Source: Planctomycetota bacterium (lineage in GTDB: Bacteria; Planctomycetota; JAJSAM01; JAJVHW01). From it: a DNA stretch of 64,000 nucleotides. The position numbers and the translations under genes were made by a program. A model generated the notes under the pieces. That model saw nothing but the letters and a program-made list of their open reading frames with translations, ran no database searches and had not been told where the DNA came from. The stretch is from NCBI GenBank assembly GCA_965248445.1, contig CBDFJG010000004.1, positions 1,024,001 to 1,088,000 on the forward strand, read 5' to 3'. Of this stretch, positions 47,288 to 56,758 are shown piece after piece (the stretch's first letter is position 1; each line of letters begins with the position of its first letter).

Positions 47288-49000
47288 CTACTCCTCGTAG
47301 ACCGGGTCTCCGCGATGCAGGCGACGAGAGATCAGGAAGGTCTGATCCATCGCTCGGCGCGTCGGGAACTGAGAAGCGATCCATCGCGCGCAGGCAGCGA
47401 GCGCAAGGTTGGCGCGCTGCCCCGGACCGTGGCGATCCAGTTGCCGCCACGCGATGTCGAGTTGCTGCAGAGGGTGGAAGCCGGCGTCCTCCCGGAGCAC
47501 CGCGGCGCCGAGAGCGCCCAGCAGCGCGACAGGGTCGCCACCGGCGGAGACGTGAGTCCACGCGAGCTGTGCCGCCTCGTCCACGTTGCTGCGCCGGTCG
47601 TACGCTGCGAGGAGCTCGTCCAAGATCCCGTCGCGACCGCTCTCGGCCACCGGCAGCCGGGCGGGTGGGACGTTCAGGAAGCGATCGAGGTACACGGACA
47701 TCGCGCCGTCGAGCACGGCGCGGAACAGCTCGCGTGACGGCGCGCGGCGCATGCCCTCGGCCACGGCGTTCGCGTAGGTGAGCGTGTGGTGCACCGTGTC
47801 CCAGTCCGGTGTCTCGTTCACCGTGCCAAATCGCAACACGCGGTGAATCGCGGCCAGGACGACCGCGTCCGCCAGCGCGACAGCAGACGTGCCCTCGCGC
47901 ACGGCTTCCATGAGCGCCGTGATCGTCGCTGCCGGATCGTCGGCGAGCATCACGGAGACGAGTGCGCCCTCGTCGTCGAGCTTGCTCCCGCTTCCGTCGA
48001 CGGCAGGGACGTCGGGCAACGCACTCGTGACGAGCGCCGCCACGTCGATCGGTGCCCGCCACGCGTTGGTCTCCTCCATGCGCTGCATCTGCGCGAGTTG
48101 CGGAACCAGCGATGTGAACAGGACTGCGGTGTCCGCGCCGTCCAGGTGCTCCGCCATCTCGGCGCACTTGAGCGCGTAGTCGAGAGTGTGCCCGACGTCC
48201 GAGTAGCGATGATCGGTGCACGAAGCCAGCACCGCGTCGAGTGCGGCGGTTGCACCGAACCTCGACACGATCGTGAAGAGCACCCTCTCAGCTCCGTCGC
48301 TGTCGCGGACCTCGATTGTCTCTCGGAACCACGCCCGCAGCCCGGCTTGGTCGCGTGTGCTCCCCGACAATTCTGGTAGCGGCCGGCGGGGTGGGCGACC
48401 CGCGCAATCGCGCGCGATGTTGCGTGCGCCGTGGAACAGAGCCCGTTGGCGGTCCACGGTTTCGAGAGCCGGCAGAACGTTGGCCATGGCGCAGAGAATC
48501 GAGAGGCCGGGCTGCCAGCCGTCCACGCGTTCCCGCGCTCCGTACGTCGCGGCTGTACGTAGCGCGACCGCGCGATCGATACCGCCCTCTTCCAGTTCGA
48601 CGATCGCCTTGGCGATCACGAGACCGAGATCGTCCATCAGACCGCGCTGCAGACGCTCGCGGCCGTGCTCACGCGCGTCTCGCGGAGGCAACCGAGGGTC
48701 CACGTACACCTGGCCGTCGCGTTCCACGATGCCATAGCAGGGCGTGTCGTCGGCCCAGGGGTCCAGCGTCGCACCGCACGTGACGTCGAACCGTGCGTGG
48801 TGCCAGTGGCACGCGAGGATGCCGTCCTTCACATCGCCCTTGTGCAGCGGAAAACCCATGTGGGGGCAGCGGTTGTCGAGTGCCCGGAACGACTCACCGT
48901 CCCACAGCACCAGGACCGGCACACCGGCCACTTGCACCACGCTGCGCTCGCGTTCGCGGAGCTCGCTCGCGGAACCCGCCGGCACGAGATCGGTCGCCAT
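47288..49000 (-). CDS. Rieske [2Fe-2S] domain protein with a large helical C-terminal region
   Basis: RBS GGAGG; CPHMG...CHWHH Rieske motif; His motifs GHTLDY, WDTVHHTLTYANA, REDAGFH. Confidence 0.88.
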   Translation of the reverse strand: MATDLVPAGSASELRERERSVVQVAGVPVLVLWDGESFRALDNRCPHMGFPLHKGDVKDGILACHWHHARFDVTCGATLDPWADDTPCYGIVERDGQVYVDPRLPPRDAREHGRERLQRGLMDDLGLVIAKAIVELEEGGIDRAVALRTAATYGARERVDGWQPGLSILCAMANVLPALETVDRQRALFHGARNIARDCAGRPPRRPLPELSGSTRDQAGLRAWFRETIEVRDSDGAERVLFTIVSRFGATAALDAVLASCTDHRYSDVGHTLDYALKCAEMAEHLDGADTAVLFTSLVPQLAQMQRMEETNAWRAPIDVAALVTSALPDVPAVDGSGSKLDDEGALVSVMLADDPAATITALMEAVREGTSAVALADAVVLAAIHRVLRFGTVNETPDWDTVHHTLTYANAVAEGMRRAPSRELFRAVLDGAMSVYLDRFLNVPPARLPVAESGRDGILDELLAAYDRRSNVDEAAQLAWTHVSAGGDPVALLGALGAAVLREDAGFHPLQQLDIAWRQLDRHGPGQRANLALAACARWIASQFPTRRAMDQTFLISRRLHRGDPVYEE

Positions 49001-49029
49001 CCCTCTACCTCCAGCGGCAGGGTAACGGA

Positions 49030-50994
49030 TCAGCCGTCGTCGCCGAGGTCGGCCGTGAGCGCGTCCCACGACTCCGTGAGCGAGCCCAGCTCGGTTTGCA
49101 CTGCGCGCAACTCGTCCGCCAGCCCGCGCGCCCTGTCGAGATCGGCTCCCGGCGCGTACGCATCTTGCAGCAGCTTTGCCAGCTCGTCCTTGCGCGACTC
49201 GAGCTGCTCGACCCGCTCCTCCGTCCGCGCGATGTCCTTCTTGAGCTTGCGGATGCGAGCCTGCCGGCCGCGTCGCTCGTCCCGCTCGCGGCGGGCGGTG
49301 TGCTTGTCCGGTGACGCTGCGCCCCTGCGGCTGCGCAGTTCGAGTGCTGCCTTGCGCACGTGTTCCCCACGTCTGCGCTTGTCTTCCCACCAGTCGCCGA
49401 AGCCGCCGCGGAACGTGTGCAGCCTGCGGTCACTCAGCTCGACGACACCGTCCACCAGTCCGTCGAGGAAGCGCTGGTCGTGACTGATCACGAGCAGTGT
49501 TCCGTCGAGAGTGCGGAGCATCGCCTCGAGCTGCTCGCAGGCCTGGATGTCCAGGTGGTTGGTCGGCTCGTCGAGGAGGAGGAGGTTCACGTCCTCGTGC
49601 ATCAGGCGCGCGAGCTGGAGGCGGCTCTTCTCGCCGCCGGAGAGAGTCCCGACTTTGCGGGTCAGGTCGTCGTAGCTGAACAGGAAGCGGTGCAGGAGTT
49701 TCGACGCCGGTGTGCGGTCGAGTCCGGTCTCGCGTTGACACCAGTCGAGTAGCGTCTCTGCGGGATCGAGCAACTCGTCTGCGATCTGTCGGTACTCGCC
49801 GGCCTTCACCGACTTGCCGAGACGCACGGTGCGGTTCTCCCAGGAACCGTGCTCGAGGATCTCGCGGAACAGTGTCGTCTTTCCGCTGCCGTTCGGCCCG
49901 ACGAGGCACGCGCGGTCGCCATGGGTGAGGAACAACTCGGCACCGTCGAAGATGACGCGGTCGCCGAACGCCACGGAGAGGCCGTCGATGGCCAGGGCGA
50001 TGTCTCCCGCGCGGCCGGAGGCCTTCAACTGCGCGCGGAACCGCTGCTCCGACAGGTCCGGCGGCGGGGCGTCGTCGCGCAGACGCTCGGCCCGCCGTCG
50101 CATGTTCTTCGCCTTCTTGGCCTGACTCGGATCGTCATACGCATTCGCCATGTCCATCTGGCGCCGTGCCTGGAACTCGAGCGCCTCGGCAGCGCGGGTC
50201 GCGACCTTGTGCCTCGTGGCGGCGAGCTCGTCCGCCTTCCTCTTCTGCTCGCGGTACGACGTGTAGTTGCCGGTCCAGCTCTTGAGGCGCCCGCCCCGCA
50301 CGTCCCAGATCTCGTCGACCGTGCGATCGAGAACGTGCCGGTCGTGACTCACCATCACGATCGCGGTCGCGGTCGCACGCACGAACTCGCAGAACCACTC
50401 GATGCCCCACGCGTCGAGGTGATTGGACGGCTCGTCGAGCAGCATCACGTCCGGCGCCGCGAGCAGCACACCGGCCAGGCCGACAGCGTTGCGTTCGCCG
50501 CCGGAGAACATCTCGACCGGCTGGTCCCACGCCTCCTCCGGCAGTCCGAGTGACGACAGCACCGTCTCGATGCGCCGCTGCACGTCCCACGTTCCGGCGG
50601 CGGTCTGTTCCGCCTGCAGGGTCTCGTACTCCCCGAGCAACCGCTCTTGCTCACGTCCGCTTGCGTCCGCGAGCAAGGCTTCGATCTCGGCGAGCCGGTC
50701 CTGCCGGAGGATGTGCGGCTCCATGACGCGCCGCATCTCGTCGCGCACCGTCGCACCCGGCGCGTACTGCGGCTCCTGCACCTGAAACGCGACTCGGACG
50801 CCGCGCTCGCGGACCACGCGCCCGTCGGTCGGCTCCAGCCTTCCGTCGAGGATGCGGAGGAGCGTGGACTTCCCGACGCCGTTCTGGCCGATGACGCCGA
50901 TCTTCCGGCCCGGCTCGATCGCGAGGGTGATGTCGTCGAGGATGGTCTCCGCGGCGTAGCGGAACGAGACGTGGGAAAGCGCGAGCAGCGGCAC
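49030..50994 (-). CDS. ABC-F family ATP-binding protein (second paralog)
   Basis: GQNGVGKST, FSGGE, LDEPSNHLD, GPNGSGKTT, LSGGEKSRL, LDEPTNHLD; start uncertain. Confidence 0.94.
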   Translation of the reverse strand: MPLLALSHVSFRYAAETILDDITLAIEPGRKIGVIGQNGVGKSTLLRILDGRLEPTDGRVVRERGVRVAFQVQEPQYAPGATVRDEMRRVMEPHILRQDRLAEIEALLADASGREQERLLGEYETLQAEQTAAGTWDVQRRIETVLSSLGLPEEAWDQPVEMFSGGERNAVGLAGVLLAAPDVMLLDEPSNHLDAWGIEWFCEFVRATATAIVMVSHDRHVLDRTVDEIWDVRGGRLKSWTGNYTSYREQKRKADELAATRHKVATRAAEALEFQARRQMDMANAYDDPSQAKKAKNMRRRAERLRDDAPPPDLSEQRFRAQLKASGRAGDIALAIDGLSVAFGDRVIFDGAELFLTHGDRACLVGPNGSGKTTLFREILEHGSWENRTVRLGKSVKAGEYRQIADELLDPAETLLDWCQRETGLDRTPASKLLHRFLFSYDDLTRKVGTLSGGEKSRLQLARLMHEDVNLLLLDEPTNHLDIQACEQLEAMLRTLDGTLLVISHDQRFLDGLVDGVVELSDRRLHTFRGGFGDWWEDKRRRGEHVRKAALELRSRRGAASPDKHTARRERDERRGRQARIRKLKKDIARTEERVEQLESRKDELAKLLQDAYAPGADLDRARGLADELRAVQTELGSLTESWDALTADLGDDG

Positions 50995-51055
50995 GACGCG
51001 TGAACCTACCAACTCCCGGGTCCGTTACGATCGGTCGGAGCGGGAGGAGCTGGCG

Positions 51056-53002
51056 ATGAGCATCGCACGCACGGTGGCTGCTGGTGTGATCGGCTTAGGG
51101 CTCGGAATCGCACTCGGCATGGTCCTGTTCGGCGGCGGTGGTGTGCCAACTGAGCCCGCCCGCGGCCCCGATCCCGTCGAGCCGGCGCCGCGCGCAGCCC
51201 CCGCTCCCGACGATCCGGCGCCGCGCCGCGAGACGCTCCGCATGCGCAAGCCCCGCGAGCGGGTCGGTCCCTCTGCCGAGGTCTCGTCGCTGCTCGAGCG
51301 CGCTGCAGCCGGCATCGCTCCACCGGAGATCCCGGAGGGCGACGGACGCATCGAGGGCACCGTGAAGACGCGCATCGGCGAAGCTGTGGCGGGCGTCGAA
51401 GTGACGGTGGTCGTGCAGGCGAAACCGGTGTCCGGCGCCCGGCCGTGGCGCGAGCGCCCGATCGCCGAGAGGTTCGAGGCGCTCGTACAGGGTGACCGCT
51501 TGCGCGAGGCGACGACGCGTACCGCTGTCTCAGGCGTGGACGGTCGCTACGTCTTCGAACGACTACCCGCCGCGGCACACACCGTCACGGGTGACGCGGA
51601 TCACTATCGCATCTCGCACTCGGGTCAGCACCGGCCTGGTGTGACGCCGGACGCGGTCGTCGACCTGGTCGCAGACCCGGTCGTCAAGGTCCCGCTCGAC
51701 GTGACACTCGAAGACGGCACCGAGCCGGACCAGGTCATGGTGAGCTTCACCTCGGGCGGCGCCAAGATGGCGATGTCGTGGTCGCCGTCCAACCGCGAGA
51801 TGGCGCTCAACCCCGGTACGTACAGGGTGTCGGCCGCGAGTGGCGACAACAAGGAGCTGACTGCGGATATCGCCAGCATCACGTTGGTGCACGGCGAGCC
51901 GGTCGAGCCGGTGGTGCTGGTGCTCGCGTCGCGGCCGGGGATCGCCGGGCGGTTGGTTCTGCCCGAGGGCTCGCCGTTCGTCTGGGCGGCCGTCAGCGCG
52001 GAACTCGTCGGTGCGGACACGACGCCGGAGTCCGTCGCCGCCGGGCAGCAGAAGGCGCAGGCGAATCAGCACGAGGAGTATCGCTTCTCGATCACGGGGC
52101 TGACGCCCGGGCGCTACCTGCTCGTCGCGTGGAACATGCACCAGGGCGGGGTTCTGGCCAGCCGCGAGGTGACCGTTGGTGAGGAGATGGCCGTCGTAGA
52201 CCTCGAGGTGGCAGAACCGGCGCGCGAGGACTACCTCGAAATCGCGGCGTCGGGACCGGACGGCGAGCAACTCTCGGGCTTCCAGGTGCAGCTGCGGTTC
52301 AAGAGCAAGCGGCGCAACTCGACCACCGGTTCGAACCCCGTGCAACGGCCCGACGGCGTCATCTGGGTGAAGCACATGCCTGCCTCACGGACAGGCGGGC
52401 AGTCCGGCACGCACTACGTGGTCGTGACCCATCCGTCGTACGGGACCACGGAGGTCGAGTATCGCCCCGGGCCGACCGCGCGTGCGGACGTCGTGTTCCA
52501 GGCTCCCGCGTTCGTCGACGTGACGGTCGTCGGTGCGCCGGCCGACCTGCTCTCCGCCGGCCTGAAGGTCAATGGCACGGACGCGAGCAACCGCTCCGTC
52601 ATGCAGGGACCGGGCAACACGGACGCCGAAGGGAAAGCGCGCGTGGGACCGTTGCAGCCGGGCGTCGCGAAGCTGAGTGCGATGACGCACACCAATCGCC
52701 GGAACATCGTCCTCGCCACTCACGACGTCACCGTCCGCAGCGGCGACAACGAGGCGCGTCTCGTTCTGCCGTCGCTCCACACGCTCCGCGTCGAGTGCGC
52801 CGATCCGACGGCGCTTGTCGGACAGAGCGTGCGCCTACGGAAGCAGGACGGTGACAAGCGCACCCGGCCGACCATCTATCAGAACGTCCCGGCCTCGGGG
52901 AAGCTGGTCTTCCGGTTCGTGCCGCAAGGCAAGTACGAGATACGGATGGGACGTGAGAAGCGTCAGATCACGCTACCGGGCAACGACCTCGTGCGGTTTT
53001 GA
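51056..53002 (+). CDS. Membrane-anchored protein with repeated carboxypeptidase-regulatory-like (Cna-B-type) beta-sandwich domains
   Basis: RBS GGAGGAG; N-terminal TM; GRIEGTV, DGRYVFERLP, FSITGLTPGRY, TDAEGKARVGPLQPG, VPQGKY. Confidence 0.82.
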   Translation: MSIARTVAAGVIGLGLGIALGMVLFGGGGVPTEPARGPDPVEPAPRAAPAPDDPAPRRETLRMRKPRERVGPSAEVSSLLERAAAGIAPPEIPEGDGRIEGTVKTRIGEAVAGVEVTVVVQAKPVSGARPWRERPIAERFEALVQGDRLREATTRTAVSGVDGRYVFERLPAAAHTVTGDADHYRISHSGQHRPGVTPDAVVDLVADPVVKVPLDVTLEDGTEPDQVMVSFTSGGAKMAMSWSPSNREMALNPGTYRVSAASGDNKELTADIASITLVHGEPVEPVVLVLASRPGIAGRLVLPEGSPFVWAAVSAELVGADTTPESVAAGQQKAQANQHEEYRFSITGLTPGRYLLVAWNMHQGGVLASREVTVGEEMAVVDLEVAEPAREDYLEIAASGPDGEQLSGFQVQLRFKSKRRNSTTGSNPVQRPDGVIWVKHMPASRTGGQSGTHYVVVTHPSYGTTEVEYRPGPTARADVVFQAPAFVDVTVVGAPADLLSAGLKVNGTDASNRSVMQGPGNTDAEGKARVGPLQPGVAKLSAMTHTNRRNIVLATHDVTVRSGDNEARLVLPSLHTLRVECADPTALVGQSVRLRKQDGDKRTRPTIYQNVPASGKLVFRFVPQGKYEIRMGREKRQITLPGNDLVRF

Positions 53003-53097
53003 TCCACGCGTCCGCGGGCGGTGAATGACCTGGACCGCGCCCACACGTTCTTGGACACTCACTCGCTGAGCGCGAGGTCATTGGAGGAGTGTTCAAC

Positions 53098-53198
53098 ATG
53101 CGTCTGTCTCTCTGTCTGTCCGTATGCGTCGCGGCGCTCGCGACACTCTCTGCGCCCGCGTTTGCCAAGTCGATCAAGGTGAGCCCGGACCTCGGAAA
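53098..53198 (+). pseudogene. 5' stub of a secreted protein interrupted by IS66
   Basis: RBS GGAGGAG, then MRLSLCLSVCVAALATLSAPAFAKSIKVSPDLG running straight into the IS66 left IR. Confidence 0.7.
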
Positions 53199-54730
53199 GT
53201 ACCCGTTCAGCCCTTGGTTCTGAGCTCGGATCCAGATCGCTTTCCGTTCGGTCGATGAATCGGATGTGGGCACCGATGAGCTGCGTGATCTGGTCGAGCG
53301 CCTGACCCGTCGTCTGGACGCTCGGGACGAGACGATTGCCGAGCAGGCGGAGGTGATCGAGCGGCAGGCGGCACGGATCGACGATCTCGAGAGCCGTCTT
53401 CGCCGGGACTCCCGCACCTCCTCGCGCCCACCGTCCTCGGATCCGTCGTGGTCCAAGAAGCGGCGGCGGCGCAAGCCGCCGTCGGACAAGCGCCAGGGTG
53501 CGCAGCCCGGCCACAAAGGGGCGACGCGCAAGCTCGTGGACGAGTCCGAGGTCGATGGCGTAGAGGACCACCGCCCGCGCGAGTGCAGCGCGTGTGGGAG
53601 CGACGTGCTCGTCCCGATCGATCGCGCCCCGACACGCCAGCAGGTCTTCGAGGTCCCGCCACGGCTGATCCAGGTGACCGAGCACCGGTTGCACCGGGCA
53701 CGGTGCACGGACTGTGGCGCCACGTCCACTGCCTCGCTGCCAAGCGGTGTGACGGCGAGTCCCTTCGGCCCGCGACTCTGTGCGCTCACCGCGGCTCTGG
53801 TCGGCGTCTTCCGCCTGTCGCGGCGCGAGACCAGTCGTCTGTTGCGTGACGTCATCGGCGTCTCGATGTCACCGGGCACGGTCAGTGCGATCGAGGAGCG
53901 GGTGTCGGGAGCCATCTCCTCAGCGCACATCGAGGCCCTCGGGGCCGTACGCACGAGCAGCGTCGCCTATGTAGACGAGACACCGTGGTCGCGTCGTGGC
54001 ACGCTGCATTGGCTGTGGAGCGCGGTCTGTGAGCACGCCACGGTCCATCGTATCGATCGGCGCAGGAGCGCCAAGGCCATGCGGCGACTCGTGGGCAAGC
54101 GCTTCAGGGGCGTCCTCGTGACCGACCGTATGGGCGCTTACGACCAGCATCCCACCGAGCGCCGCCAGATCTGCTGGGCGCATCTCGAGAGGGACTTTCG
54201 AGCGCTGGCCGAGGGCTCGCGCGGCGGCCGGCGCTTCGGCAAGCAGGCCGTGCGTCTCGCCCAGGCTGTCATGCGAGCTCAGCGTCACTTCGGCGAGCAC
54301 GGGGACCGCGACCGCATGCGGCGTGAGCTGCGTCTCACATGGGACCGACTCCTGACGCTGCTCGTGCGCGGCGCAGACAGCAAGCACCGCCGAGTACGCG
54401 GAACGACTCGGCATCTGCTCGACCGAGCGGAGGCTCTGTGGACCTTCGCCGACGTCCCTGGCGTCTCCCCGACGAACAACGCCGCTGAGCGCGCGGTGCG
54501 CAAGCCGGTCCTGTGGAGACGCGCAACGCACGGAAGTCAGAGCGAGCGCGGACTCCGCTTCGTCGAGCGCATCCTGACCGTCACCGCCACGCTCCGCCAG
54601 CGTGGCGAGAGCGTCTTCGATTACCTCGCAGACGTCAGCGCGGCACTCGCGCACAACCGCTCGCCGCCGGCTCTCGTCGCGCTCCCGATCACGCGCTGAG
54701 GCCGCGGATCGTCATACCCTGAACGGGTAC
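53199..54730 (+). mobile_element. IS66 family element, single-ORF type (1532 bp), copy 1
   Basis: 12-bp perfect TIR GTACCCGTTCAG at 53199 and 54719-54730; no matching 8-bp flanking repeat. Confidence 0.92.
53266..54699 (+). CDS. IS66 family transposase
   Basis: SSRPPSSD, GAQPGHKG, CSAC..CTDC, YVDET, LVTDR, QICWAHL, PTNNAAERAVR. Confidence 0.96.
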   Translation: MGTDELRDLVERLTRRLDARDETIAEQAEVIERQAARIDDLESRLRRDSRTSSRPPSSDPSWSKKRRRRKPPSDKRQGAQPGHKGATRKLVDESEVDGVEDHRPRECSACGSDVLVPIDRAPTRQQVFEVPPRLIQVTEHRLHRARCTDCGATSTASLPSGVTASPFGPRLCALTAALVGVFRLSRRETSRLLRDVIGVSMSPGTVSAIEERVSGAISSAHIEALGAVRTSSVAYVDETPWSRRGTLHWLWSAVCEHATVHRIDRRRSAKAMRRLVGKRFRGVLVTDRMGAYDQHPTERRQICWAHLERDFRALAEGSRGGRRFGKQAVRLAQAVMRAQRHFGEHGDRDRMRRELRLTWDRLLTLLVRGADSKHRRVRGTTRHLLDRAEALWTFADVPGVSPTNNAAERAVRKPVLWRRATHGSQSERGLRFVERILTVTATLRQRGESVFDYLADVSAALAHNRSPPALVALPITR

Positions 54731-55331
54731 GCCCAGCCTTCCGATGTTCCATGCAGCGCCTAGCGGCGGCACGATCGATATCGTGGTCGATGAGGAGTCC
54801 GGGTTCTTGGCCCGGTTCGAACTCGTCGATGCGCTCGGACGCAGTGTCGAGGTGATCGAGTACGCGGATGTGCTGCGCGACGAGAACGGAGCCCTACCAC
54901 TGCACGTGGATCGGACGACGCACTACCCCGTCGGGCGTGAGGCCGCGAGGAGTGTGGAACGGTTTCGGGGCCGGTCGCTGCCTGCCAAGGCGGCGACGCG
55001 CTTGGCGCTGCTTATCCCCCCGGGCGCGCGCGTGACCGACTTCCGCGTCACGCCGCACGTTGTCTACGAGCAGGGCCCGACACCGATGTCGGACGAGCGT
55101 CTGATGGAGATTTCCTCACGCGGGACGGAGCGCGCCGAGACCGCGCAACAGCGCACCGATCCGGGCGAGGCGGAGATCGCGTCGTTCGCTCCGCAGGACG
55201 CGACCCGAAGCGATCAGGTCGCTGATGGGAAGTGGGCGTGGGCTGTCGCGATCGGGCTCGCTGTTCTCGGTAGTCTGGCGCTAGCAATCGCGGTGATCCG
55301 GCGGCGGAAGTACCGCGCGGCCGAGTCGTGA
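54731..55331 (+). pseudogene. C-terminal fragment of a membrane-anchored protein truncated by IS66
   Basis: Frame open from the IS end; C-terminal TM plus basic tail WAWAVAIGLAVLGSLALAIAVIRRRK; stop overlaps the next gene. Confidence 0.6.
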
Positions 55332-56341
55332 TGTCGGACATCGGACATCGCCTCTCCGCAAGGACCCTGTGGACCGTGGGGCTCACCTTGCTCTGGAGCT
55401 CTGTCTGGACGGCCTTGTTGGCATGGGGAGCAGTGCATCGCGATCTTGGCGTCGCGGGGACCCTTCGCGTCGTGGGCGATCCGGCATTGCATTTCGGGGA
55501 GTTGGACCGGGACGAACCCGTGTCGTTCGAAATGAAGGTAGAGAACATCGGCGCTCAGCAGGTCGAGATCGCCCGCTACTGGACATCGTGCGGTTGCACG
55601 TTGATGGAGCTTCCTGAGGATGTCATCGCGCCCGGCGCGGTGCTCGTGATTCGCGGTCGCCTTGACACAAGTCAGTCCGGGTACAAGAGCAGCGAGATCT
55701 TCGTCCAGCCACGGGGCGGCCGGGACGTCAGCGTGGGTGTTGTGAGTTTCACCGTGCGGTCCGGTTGGACGACGGGGGCGAACCCCGTTTCACTTACTGT
55801 TCCGGAGGGCGATGGGCGCTACACGGCGTTCCCCGTATATCTCACGGCGGACTCGGCGGTCTCCGATGGGCAGTTGGAGCTGCGTTCGGACCTCGCGGGC
55901 CTTGAACTCGACTTTGATCTGAAGCGCGACCTCCTGACGATCACGCCGCAAGTAGATCGCGACCGCTTGCCGCGCGGCGAGTACCTGCACGTCGTGACGA
56001 TCCACAGCGAACTCCGCAACGCGCCCGACTTTCGCCTCGGGTTCGAAGTGAAGCACGACGCCGACGCGTTTCGCACGGAACCGCGACCGCTGCACGTCCC
56101 GCTGGACTTTGTCGGCGACCGACTCGCAGTGCCGTGTCGCATCCTCCACCGAGACATCCCGGTGAAGGTCAACGCCGTGCGGTCGCTGGATCCGGAAACC
56201 GGGATTGAGTACCACCCGGACTCGGGTCTGCGCTTGACTCTCGCCGAGGACCGATCGATGACGCGACGTGTGCGCGTCCTCTTTGACACAGATGCTGGTC
56301 CGTTCATCGCGCACGTGCTCATCCCTTCCCAGCTCCAATGA
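55328..56341 (+). CDS. DUF1573 (Ig-like, SCGC) domain protein
   Basis: N-terminal TM; HFGEL...VENIG...TSCGCT...IAPG. Confidence 0.8.
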   Translation: MMSDIGHRLSARTLWTVGLTLLWSSVWTALLAWGAVHRDLGVAGTLRVVGDPALHFGELDRDEPVSFEMKVENIGAQQVEIARYWTSCGCTLMELPEDVIAPGAVLVIRGRLDTSQSGYKSSEIFVQPRGGRDVSVGVVSFTVRSGWTTGANPVSLTVPEGDGRYTAFPVYLTADSAVSDGQLELRSDLAGLELDFDLKRDLLTITPQVDRDRLPRGEYLHVVTIHSELRNAPDFRLGFEVKHDADAFRTEPRPLHVPLDFVGDRLAVPCRILHRDIPVKVNAVRSLDPETGIEYHPDSGLRLTLAEDRSMTRRVRVLFDTDAGPFIAHVLIPSQLQ

Positions 56342-56758
56342 TGGCGCCCGCTCAACCTCGCGAACGCTCCGGTCGCCTGCTCGCCATCGGCCCGGCGTTG
56401 GTGCTTCTCGCGTCTGCGGCGGTCCAGGTCGCGGTCGGCGACACCCGCGCAGGCGACTTCGGGATCGGCCCCGAGAGGGTCCCTACCTCGATCATTGGCT
56501 CTCTGTCCGAGGTCGGCGCTGCGATCCTACTGGTGTGGAGGGTTCGCGATCGTGCCGCGGGGATCGGCCTGCTCGGCTGGGCTGGAGCGATGGGCTTGTT
56601 GCACCTCCTTTCGGGCGGCGCCCCATGTGACTGTCTTCGCGGACTGGGAGGGCATCCGTTGCTCGTAGGAGCGGTTTGGGTCGCGGTGGCCGCTTTGGGG
56701 GCGTGGCGGACGGTGAGGGGTATCTGGCAGCCCGGAGCGGCGGCTCTTGTTCAGCTAG

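Noticed and set aside
47213..47781. Arg-rich C-terminal extension of the 515-aa K+ channel ORF
   Set aside because: It results from the poly-G frameshift and overlaps the convergent Rieske gene.
38014..50994. Calling the two ABC-F proteins antibiotic-resistance factors
   Set aside because: The subfamily cannot be assigned by eye, and multiple housekeeping ABC-F paralogs per genome are normal.
53000..53097. TGA read-through of the 51056 gene (other TGA-ending genes also checked)
   Set aside because: The downstream codons are not coding-like and no SECIS-like stem was seen. Most other TGA stops overlap the next start codon.
53098..55331. Rejoining the 53098 stub with the 54731 fragment as one IS66-split gene
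   Set aside because: There is no target duplication across the IS, so the two sides cannot be shown to come from the same gene.
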